A DNA stretch of 64,000 bases from Camelus ferus (taxonomy: Eukaryota): contig NC_045697.1 in the NCBI RefSeq assembly GCF_009834535.1, forward strand, positions 102,178,001 through 102,242,000, given 5' to 3'. The position numbers and the translations under genes are program-made. This document shows positions 1-10,700 of this stretch, one piece after another. Below the pieces are notes generated by a model that saw only the letters and a program-made list of their open reading frames with translations, was not told where the DNA came from and did no database searches. Position 1 is the first letter of the stretch. Every line of letters begins with the position of its first letter.

Positions 1-799
1 TGCCTTGATGCTTGGGTTATTCATTTGATTAAATTAACCCAATAATACTGTTAAAGCTACTTTTAAAAAATATATACAAACAGAAGTATATTGTTCTTAT
101 TCTTTACTTTTAAATAATCAGTTTAGTACAAGAATACTCTGAACATACAAGTAAGTTAAAGTTTAGATTTTTAAAATATTTATTAAAAATAAATTTAAAT
201 TGCCAAGCCCATTATGTACACATCGTTACTTACTTATCACACAGCAATGGAAAGCCATATGGATTTTTATTCATTTGGAAATAGAACATCGCAAGAAGGT
301 TGTTTGTTTTTATATTGCTTTTCAAGTTTTACTATAAATGAGTGATAACTGTATAGTCACAAACCCTTAGTGTCTTGTATCCAGAGTTTTGGATTATTTA
401 AACCAATTTCCAAAACTTTATTAATAAGAGAAACAAGAACTGAACGGATTAAAGAATTTAATTGAGAATGCAGAGTAGCCTTTTAACATATTTACCTGCA
501 TGGCAAATTTGCACATCTTGTTGCATTAACAAAGTTATGAAGAAGTTTCTTTCGCAAGGAAAAGTTATCAATTCTTTCTCAGGATACTCTGCCTACTGAC
601 ATAAATAACTCTTCCAGTGGAATACAGTGCATCGGTCAGTGCCCTTGGCGAGTTAATGCCCTTCTGTTAGATAGGTTCATTTAAATGAGCCATTTATACG
701 TACGTAACATCTCACTTTTTTAATGCGAAAAACTTGATTTATGCATTAAAGTATGAATGTGGGTATCATTTTATATATTTATATCTATGTCCTAGTCTT

Positions 800-856
800 T
801 ACATATATGTACACATACATGTATGTATGTATGTGTACATATGTATGTATGTATGC
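800..856. repeat. (TATG)/(TACA) low-complexity microsatellite
   Basis: acatatatgtacacatacatgtatgtatgtatgtgtacatatgtatgtatgtatg. Confidence 0.85.
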
Positions 857-859
857 AAG

Positions 860-1385
860 GCATTTCCAAGCACAAGCTTTATTAGTGTGACTAAAACATC
901 GTCATCATTCATGTAATACCATACCTTGCCTTTTCAGCAATGAGGGAAATAATAGCATTTTGCTGTGCTCCTAATTTAATCAAAACAGTGAAAATAGACT
1001 CAGAAGTTTAGAACGAGAAGAGAACTTAGATTTTATGTAGATATTATAAGCCTTTCATTTGACAGCAGAATCATTAAAATACAGTAGAATAAGTCAGTCT
1101 TAAAGAATGGCAGATGAAGCCAACTAAAGTTTTGGATCAGAATTCTAAATCAATGGATTATGAAAATTATGCTAACACACAAAAGTAAGCGTAAAAGGAA
1201 GTATTTATCACCAGACTCATTATGATGAAATTTTTATCCTGAACTCATACAACGTAGGAAAGTAAACAATTTGTTGGTTTTTTATGTGTTCATTTTTCAC
1301 TTGACTGAATTTCACATATTTGACTGAAGTCTTTTGTCTTTGAGTTTTTCCAAAACTTGGTTTGGTGAGCAGATTCTCATCAATT
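860..1385 (-). other. GYPA: GYPA terminal exon 7 / 3' UTR (3' end uncertain; AATAAA at 878-883 and further sites near 420, 270, 180)
   Basis: tccttctacag|AATTGATGAGAATCTGCTCACCAAACC...GACTTCAGTCA resembles the start of the human GYPA last exon. Confidence 0.8.
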
Positions 1386-2559
1386 CTGTAGAAGGATTAT
1401 AGAGAGAGAGAGAAAAAAATACAAAACTGTAGTGTAAAACATAGTTATATTTAAATACCACAGGAAATTAATGCATAAAATAAATTTCAGGATTCTACAT
1501 TCTTAAGAGTTGTCCTTGAATACAATTATTAGGAACTGAAAGGAATTTCTTTTCAGATTAGCTCTATTAGAGTTATGTGTAACAAAAAAATGTCTTAGAA
1601 ATCTATTCCAAAAGCCTTAGGTAGGGAACAAACATAATTCCTCTGTTTCTAGTTTCTGCAAACATGAGAAACTAACAGAGAATTCTGTAGGGGTGGACTG
1701 TCATGGGGAGGCAGTCAGTGATAAGTCAGTTGAGTTATTACATATGTGTGTTTGAATTTAAGACAAGCTTCTTAGTCCGTAATCTCTTTCAGGAATCACT
1801 TTTTTTTTCCCTTGGACATAAGCAAGGGCAAGTCTGTGCAGAAACTCCCTGCGTGAGTCCTCTCTGATTCTAGCGTGGGATGGAAGGGCAGGGGCTGGTC
1901 TTTCCGACCAAATCCGATGCTCTACCTTTCTTGGCCGGTAGGTTAGGTTTATATTACTGCCGAGGGTGCGTGAAGGGATGGGGAGAGCCTTTGCTGTTAT
2001 AGAAGCAGAACATTCCCCACGGCATTCTTCTGCTGGGGAATTACAGGAACCGTGCATCCTCAAATTCTCCCATAAGAAGTGGGCTGGCAGGGGTCACATG
2101 TGGCTGCCACTGTGGACAGCTGATTCAGACCCCCTTTTTCTCATTTCCCCCCAACTATGAATCATGTGCAGGTTCAAGGAGGTTAAAGCGATCCGTTCTT
2201 TATACCCTCACATCTCTGGTTCTTGTTGAAGGGGCAGATCATTCTAATCTCTGACTGCTTTTGACTTGTAAATTACTTTAGAGCAGTATTCTACAAAACT
2301 AGGGCTAAAGCATGTTATAGTAATCATGTGTTTCCCAAAATTTCCTGTGAGGTGGGGCCAGATTTTATAACCCATTTCACTAATTTACTAAGTCACATAT
2401 AATAACTTCATTGGCACAAATATGGAGACATGAAATGAGCCTAAAATTTGGTTCATCTGACTTTTCACTGCCTTGACATATATTTGAGATGTGAACAGAG
2501 AACTGAGGCATTAATCTTGTGAATGTGGAAATGCACCCAGTTTCTTGAGTGCACCGTAT

Positions 2560-2870
2560 TTTGTCTTCTTTTATCCTTTGTTCAAGCTGCTCTTTTGCCT
2601 GGAACTGGCTTGCCCCCAGAAACCTCCATCTGTCCTGTAAGACTGACCTCCGGTGATTTCATCTCCAGAAGCCTTTGCTACCTGCCCCAGTCTTTTTCAG
2701 ATGCAGATGTCTCTACTACCTTGAAACTTGTTCCCTGCAATGACCACAGTCTGTCTGTTCCGCGATTAGGCTCTCAGCTTCTAAAGGACAGAGATTCTGA
2801 TCGGTGTATCTAATGTGAGTGTGGTACCCAGCCTAAAGTAAGCATTTGGTAAATGTTTGTTGTACTTCAA
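2560..2870. mobile_element. L2 remnant
   Basis: gctgctcttttgcctggaa...cccagcctaaagtaagcatttggtaaatgtttgttg, an L2 3'-end-like pattern. Confidence 0.5.
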
Positions 2871-4129
2871 CTAACAAGGATATTTTAAGTCACTTTTGAT
2901 GGATTAAATTGTCTCAAACTTTTGTGGGTTATTCCACAGAGAGGCTCAAGATTGTATAAAAAAAAAAAAAAACCAAACTAAGCACTAAATTTGTCATCAA
3001 AATAAATCAGTAGTTAAAAGCATATAGAAATTTAAGTAGCAAAAAAATTAGGCTTCAGCTGGTAATTGCTCCATTTTAAAAACAGCTTCAACACATATTT
3101 TTTTTTGCAATGATGCAGAATGTAGATAAATACTTAACAGATATTCCAGCTGCAAGTCCTATGTCAAGGTAACTTTAGTAAGTGAAGTGAGTCTGGTAAA
3201 TGACTCAAAACTTTTGTTGTTTTAAGTATCTGCAGATTGAGTTTTATTAATCCCTTTAGCTGAGAATGACATGTATGCCATTCACTCTATAGAGCATTTA
3301 CTTCCTAGGACTAAACAATTACAGAATCATCATCATTGAGATTTAAGAACCCACAAGATACTGTGATGGGCTAGTTCTACGTAGATAGCTTATGTACCCG
3401 AGGCGGATTTTTGAAACTCTATTTTTTGTGACCCCAAAGTCTAAAAAACCTAGCAAGTCCTTTGAAGATGGGTGCTAGGTCTAGGGTTAAAACTGGAATA
3501 TGGAAATTTACAGCACCTGAGATCTGTCATGATTTTTGATGACCATGGGAAGAACTTTAATCGATTTTGTACAAGGCAGGATCAGTTCCATTTTGCTTGA
3601 GCATTTAAAGCCCATTCCACAGAGACTTGTTCTTGGCGGACATCTCCCAAATTAGACGTCACTTGGGTTTTATGCCTCAGGCAGAGTTTAAAGGAACTGT
3701 GTACTTGATCAGTGAGATTATACCAGAGGCCATAGGTAGTGAAATTGGCTAGGTATTTAAGCACATAGCAGAGACAGCAACTGCTACTAGCTCTTATGAA
3801 TTGCAGTCATGCTAGCGGTTGCGATGCAGCATTGTTAGAGTTTACATTTGTTTTCTGCAAGAGAGCCCTAACATCCGGATGTTTTTAAATGTAAAAAAAA
3901 ACCTCTCACTTCAAGGTGGCAGTGAGTGCTCTTTTTGAAAAATAGTGAGTCGGTTCTATTTTTGATGAACAGAACGTATCTGCTGTTTTCCCCATGTTGT
4001 CTCATCCACTTCGCGCCTGGGAGAGGAAGCGAAAACGGAGCCAAGCAACTGGCCGTTTGTGCAGGGCCTGTCGTGTCTGTGACAGCTGTCAGGCAGGAGC
4101 ACTTGCTATGGGATGAAACTGCTCTAGAT

Positions 4130-4325
4130 GCTGGCGCTTCATTTAATCCTCATGAAACTCGATGAGGTGAACACCATCATCGTGTCCACATGAAATTCCC
4201 TCCACATTAACCACTGTTATCGCCACAAGAAGAGCTGGTCAAGTTACACAGCTGCTAAGTGTTGGAGTGTGGATTCAAATCCGGGTCTAGCTCCAGATCT
4301 AGGGCTGTTAAACTCTATCCACTGT
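4130..4325 (-). mobile_element. MIR SINE
   Basis: ttcatttaatcctcat...caagttacacagctgctaagtgttggagtgtggattcaaatccgggtct. Confidence 0.7.
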
Positions 4326-4633
4326 AGGGTCTCCTATGATGCAACTTTGCACTTGGGAAAATAAGAAGTACATAAAAGAACTTAGTTTTTGCTTTACTTA
4401 TGGTATTTGTTTTACTTTTTCTTTTTTAAAAGATACTTTATGCCTAAGGGGGAGTTTCATTATGCTGCAGATAAACATTCATATAAAGGATAAAATCTTA
4501 CAGAGGAGGCATTGATGAAATAGAATGTAAATGAATTCTAACTGGGTGCACCCTTCCCAACTCAGAAAGAAATAAATCGTTAATTTATTTCCCTTCCAAA
4601 AAGGCAAAAGGCAGTAAAAATATTAGCACTGAC

Positions 4634-4714
4634 CTGGTCTGTCTGTTTCTACAGAAGTTAAAAGAAGCACACCTATATCCGGGAGGGTTGAGATGGTTTG
4701 ACAGATGCTCTTCG
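4634..4714 (-). CDS. GYPA: GYPA exon 6 (81 nt): [13 protein letters not shown] then TAG at 4675-4673; remainder untranslated
   Basis: ttttaattcgtag|CGAAGAGC...AGACCAG|gtcagt. A shifted frame encodes [15 protein letters not shown], homologous to the GYPA tail. Confidence 0.85.
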
Positions 4715-7700
4715 CTACGAATTAAAACCAGAAAAAATGTTAATGCCACAATTTTCTATACTTAGTAAATAAAAATTCCTCAAATTAAAAAAATTCTTTT
4801 TGGCTAAAGTTTGTTTTGATTAAAATTCACTTTGCAGAGGTCTTTTGTGGAAGAAATTACTATTTCATAGATATTTACAAATTTTAATTTAAACTTTTAT
4901 TTGTATTTCTAATAGTATTTCTTATTTCCATAGGTATATTATTCCCCTAGACATTGACTCTGTCATATTTCCCTGCTGTAGTGGAAAGCTCAAATAGAAT
5001 TTTTTTTTTTAAAGATACATTTTCTTAGTCATATTGACCATGACCCAATTCTTCTATGTCCATATAGAAGATTTTCTCTGACTTTTACCAAGAGATATCA
5101 TTGACTTTTTTAGATTTCAGGTCATCAACCAAGGGAGAAGACAACAGTTTGCCGTCTATACCAAATACAAGGAGATAACTTTTCCCCCAGTGTTCAAATT
5201 GCCAACAAGAGGAGTCATCTTTTATTCAAGTCCTTAAAAAATCTCTCATATTAGAGCAGACACTGTCAATTACTTTTATTAAGAAAGTATTACTTAGAGA
5301 AAATACATTTACATGGAGTAATGCTAACCAAACATAGATTTGGATGTTCATAAAACTCACCTAATAGAAATAGTTAAAAAAGAAAAGGACAGAAGAACTT
5401 AACGTAGATTTACTATCAACTTGTTATAGACCTGCCATTACAGTGTTGTTGCCTGTCTAAACAAGCCTTTTTAAAAGAATATATACAGTGGTTACAATGT
5501 GGAGAGCACAAAGAGAGAGAAACAGTAGAGGGTGGGTGAGAACTGTACCATTCTTTTGAGACGAGGTACCTAATGATCTATGACTATAGTTCCAATTATT
5601 AGCATTATAAACACACAAATGTGGCATCTGAATTGTCTTAAATAGGTTATAGTGAAGGTTGTGTGCTTTGGAATGCTATCATACAGACTTGAAATTAGCT
5701 TTAGTGATTAAAAAAAATCACTCATGCTGGAAAGTTCATAGGTGGAGTTTGAAAAATTTGTCTCAGGAAATACGAGAATAAAAAAAGCAAATGTTTTAAA
5801 CATGCATAAACATATCATGTTATTTTAAATATTTTTCACATACATAAACTAGATACTATAACTAGAAACTTGGCTATTTCATCCATATCCATCAAAAAAT
5901 ATTAAATTAAAACTTTTGAAGGACCTTTCACTGGAAAATGGGGATAGATTTATATTTGTGGTTTTTTAATAGGGCAAATGATAAAAAGAAAAATTTCTGC
6001 TGGAGTAACTCAGTCACTTCTGTGTGTCCAGCTGAAAAAGATTGAAGGTTTGTTTTTATGAACAGAATTTTACATTTTTCATATTTGGTTAAACAAAATA
6101 CATCTTTTGTAAACAAACCCAGCACAAGGCCAACAAAAAATGGGGAATAAAAGCAAGAAAAACAAAAAGCCTAAGATTGTCCCTTACTGGGCTTCAGGGT
6201 CAGACCTGCCCCTTCCTTACAGGAAGGGGGGTTTTTGTCCTTGGGCCTCAGCACGGGTCCCTGTTCCTAGGCACCAGAATTGGATACGAACAGAGAAACC
6301 AGCCCTGAAATGTTTAAGCATCTCTGCATATGCCATGGGCTCATGGACAATGATGAAGTTTCATGCAGTTTTGTTTCTGTTTGAGTTGAGTTAAACCCAG
6401 AGGAGCAAACCCTCCTAGAGCTATTCACATCAGTACTTACAGCAGAATTAAAAGCTGAATCCTCACCTTTATGTTTACCGATAAGTAATAACTTAGGAGG
6501 ATAATTCCAATGATACCAGCCATCACCGCAAAAACAATGACTGTTATTACTGGGCGAGAGAAAAAGAAAACAGCAAAATATAAAAATGTGAAATAAAGGA
6601 CCGCATAACAGTTGGCAAATAAAGCAGGCAAAGTCAGGGTAATACCGCTTTGCCTTTTTAATAGAAAGTACATTAGTAAACTTTTATGTATATTTTATCT
6701 TTTTAAAAATTAGATTTTTCACAGTAACCATGTGGGAAACTGGAACTTAAAGTGGTAAAATCTTTTGTCCAAGGCTACAAAACTAATGACAGAACCAAGA
6801 CCCAGGGGCTTCAACTCCAACCCCAGTGTTCTTTACAGGGTCTCCCAAGTGTAATTACGGATGAGAGCTGTGTGGACCTTTTACGCCAACATGAGAAAAA
6901 CCACAAACTCTTTCAGTGTTTCAAAGGTATGGAAGAAAATAATGTCTTGATGTGTAGAGGGGTATTGGACAGATCGTAGAATCAGAAATTTGGAAGGAAA
7001 TTGGTATAAGCAGTTCAGAAATGAGGAAGCCTAATGAGTTTGAGTTACTTATCCGAGGTGGGACAACTAGTTAGAAGCACATTGGTAACTACTGTCCAGG
7101 TCACCTGTAGTCTAAGCCTCTGCTCCTTCCACAGTATCCTTACACATAGTCTATAATAAAATCACTAAAAATCTTTTCCATGTTGGGAGTGAAACACAAT
7201 TTAAATTAGAGACCCTTTCGCATATTAGTAGCATATTTATTTGACTGATATATATTTAAAAGCCTATTTACTGATACAAAAAAGTAAAAGTAGCTTTTCC
7301 TCTCACTCGTATTGCCCAACCTTTCTCTCCACTTAGCTTTAATTTGTGAGATAATGATTCAGTTGTACAATTCGTTTTTTATGGTGTGAAGTATGGGCAC
7401 AGGCCAAGTGTGAGGGGAGGCTTAGAAACATGGAAGAGTAAAGAAGCGTGTAAATGAACCAGCGCAACACCTAAGAAGGGAGCCACAGTCCCCAGTTATA
7501 GCAGGTTGAGAAGGTAGCCCCAAAGTGATAGTATGGGGCCAAAAATGAATCTGGATTGAGGCATGAATGGTCTATATTTATTCTGGATGTGCTGCCAATT
7601 AATTGCTTTCTTTATAGTAGGGAAGGGAGAAGTTCAATTGTTTTATAAGCTCTTAGACTTTTCCCATGTACCCACGGTTGGTTAGCAAGCTAAAAAATAT

Positions 7701-10700
7701 CTAATTTTTTTAAAAATGAGAATTAAGTTATGTGTTGGTGTTTTCAAAATGTTTAAGGAAATTAGAAATACCTATTTTAATTTTAAAAAGAACATATTTT
7801 GTTTACTTTTATAATTTTGTATGACAAAAGTCAATAACATGTACTCTTTTGTTTTTAAAATAAACTGGTGGTTACCAGTGGGGAGAAGGAAGAGGGGTGT
7901 AATATAGGGCTAGGGGATAAGAGGTACAAACTATTTTGTGTGAAAGAGACTACAAGGATATATTGTACAGCATGGGAATTAGCCAATATTTCACAAAAAC
8001 TATAAATGGAGTATAACCTTTAAATTTGTGACTCACTATATATAATATTGTAACTTATATAATATTGTACATTATATAATATTACACATTAACTATACCT
8101 CAATAAAAATGGAAAAAAAAACAGCAAAAAAAGAAAGAAAATAAACATAAAAAATAAAATTGGTGCTTCTTCTTTACATAGGCATTTGAAACTAGCAATA
8201 CGCAATTTAAAATGCAATGATCATCATTCCATGTCAAATACTAACATACCTGGTGCTGAGAATGGGGGTTCATATTGTGGCACTTCTAAAAAGACAAAAT
8301 TTCAAAATAAAGTCAGAAAACATAAGTCATGTTTTTAAAAATACCGTTTTGGCATTAGACTGCTCAGTGGGTTTCTTTTCCTTAAGTGTGTTTGGAGCGC
8401 TGCTGTTCAGCATTCAACAGTTAGCCAGTAAAAATTATGGGGGAAGGTGTCAGTCTTAACTTTAGTAATTCCAGTATCTACTTTCAACTATCCAGTGAGT
8501 TCTCATGAATCAGAAATTAGCAAACCATCTCACTAACTAAAGGGAAGGGTATGAGAAGGTTGGAAGAGCTGTTGACTTCCACTAGAAGCTGTGCATTTTT
8601 TCAAAAATGTAAAATGGTGAGCAGAAAGGAGACAGACTGAGCCATCACTCCACATGGACATCAGTGAACCCCAAAAGAGGTCCTGTTGCTGTCAATTTTC
8701 CAGATTTATGCCACAGCCACTATCAGAATTCAAACCCTCACTGTGTCTTAGCGGAGTGTTTGCCAGCAGTCCCACTAGGTTCCCGTCCTGCAGAAGTTTC
8801 TAGTACCATTGCCTTAATGCTCTGCTAGAGTTAACCTCTCCCTTACCAGTTTCACATCTTACATTTCTTTTTCTGCTGTCTTTGAATGCCATTTATGTCA
8901 AGAAGCCCCGTTACTACTATTGCTACACAATTTTCTTGAATTTAATGATTACAAATAACATGTTACAGTATATTGCATGACACAGTCAAGGACTCCGTTA
9001 TGTTTGGTCGTTCTTCAACAGTTATGCACAGACGTGAATTGGGCTTGTCTTCTTGATCTTTGTGGCAGGTGATAGTTGTGGCTGGTGTACGAGCTCTGGA
9101 TCAAGACAGAATCGGCTTCAGTCACGTGTCTGCCTCTTACTAGTTGTGTGGTCTTGGACAAGTGACTTAATTTCTCTGTGCTTTAGTATTCTCTTGGGCA
9201 AATGAAGATGATTCTGTCTCTATGAGGATAAAATTCAATAATGCATGAAAACACTTACTACAGTGGTCCACCATGCCCGTGATCATTTATGGGATTCAGG
9301 GCATGTGTGTTTGTAGTTGGCCCCTTAAATGCTTTCTGGTTTGACACTGTCATGTCGGCTTCACACTGAAATCACTTTGAAAATTAGATTGTGTAATCGG
9401 ACCCAGAAGCCTAATAATGAGTTCTAAGCACTTAGCCTGATTTCCCTCCCTTGGTCTCTGTTCTTAAAATCCATCGCTTCCATTTACCTCAGGGCATTTT
9501 CTCAGTGTTTCTATTAGCTAATGATCCAGTAGTCATGCTTAGTCTTCTTTGAGGCTTTATTTTAAATCCGGAGGATCCTTCCACTTAAACCCCACTGACA
9601 AAAGACCCTCTCCCTTTCTACATTTAAGCAGCTCTAATAAAGCCATCTTTTTCTCCCTAGAAAAATAACCAGAGAAAGAGATGCTGCCTGACCACCCTTA
9701 TCTCAGCACTCAGCTTGGCTTGTACTTTAATAGGCACTTCTGATGTGTCAGGCTTGGAGCCAAGCAATTTTACACACATTTTCTCATTTAATCTTTAGAG
9801 AAACACTGCGGGATAAGTATAATGAGCCCCATTTTCAAATTAAGAAGACAGGCCCTTTGGGGAACTGAGGGTTCAGCTCATGCAGAGTCAGCAGCGGGGG
9901 CAGGGCTAAGCCCAGGGCTGAGTCCAGCTGGATTTGACCACAGGCTCTCCTCACCACTGCTCTACCAGTTCCCTTTTATCTGGCCCACCATTTCATGGTC
10001 ACATTCATCATTTTTGTGGCCTGCTGGATTGCTTTAATTTCTTTAACCTATAATATTATTTCTGTGAGCCTTTCCAGAAGTGAGAGTTCCTCTAGAGGAG
10101 GGACTCTTGTCTACTTCACTTCCATTTCTCAGTCTTTGTCACAGTTTCCCAACAGTGACAGGTCGCATTCAATAGATTTGCATCATAACAATGACTCCAG
10201 AGGAACTATTTTAAAATTTGAACAAACCTTGGTACCCTTGTGTCGGGCCTGGAGTTGTAGCTGCAGGACCTCTACTAGGAGTGGTTGCTGCTGAGAAGTT
10301 CCCGGAAAGCGAAATGGTATAAAAGAGAAATTAAGAAAGGGATTAAGAATGAGGTGATGAGTGGACAATAGAGCATCTAACAAAAGACACAGTGATCTCA
10401 CCTCTCTTCCAGTGGCAGGTCCAGAAATTCTACATTGCAGGGCCTGACAGATGAGGAAAGTGGGCCTTGATTTCCTCATTTATAAAAAGATAATACCTGC
10501 CTCAAAATGTCACTGTGAGGACTGAATGAGTTTAATAAATATACATGTGTGGATACATTCACCCACACACATTCCAGTTAGTATAGTACTTGGCATGTAA
10601 TGAACATTACATTCATGTTGGCTGTAGTCATTTGCATAAAGGGGGAGACCTGAAGCTGTATTTGCATTGCATTTTATATAACTGGAAAACTGTCCATGTT

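Noticed and set aside
6437..6673. 78-aa hydrophobic ORF as a stand-alone gene
   Set aside because: It is the GYPA TM exon plus read-through of flanking intron.
10183..10479. 98-aa ORF overlapping exon 3
   Set aside because: Wrong frame relative to the phase-1 exon chain; mostly intronic sequence.
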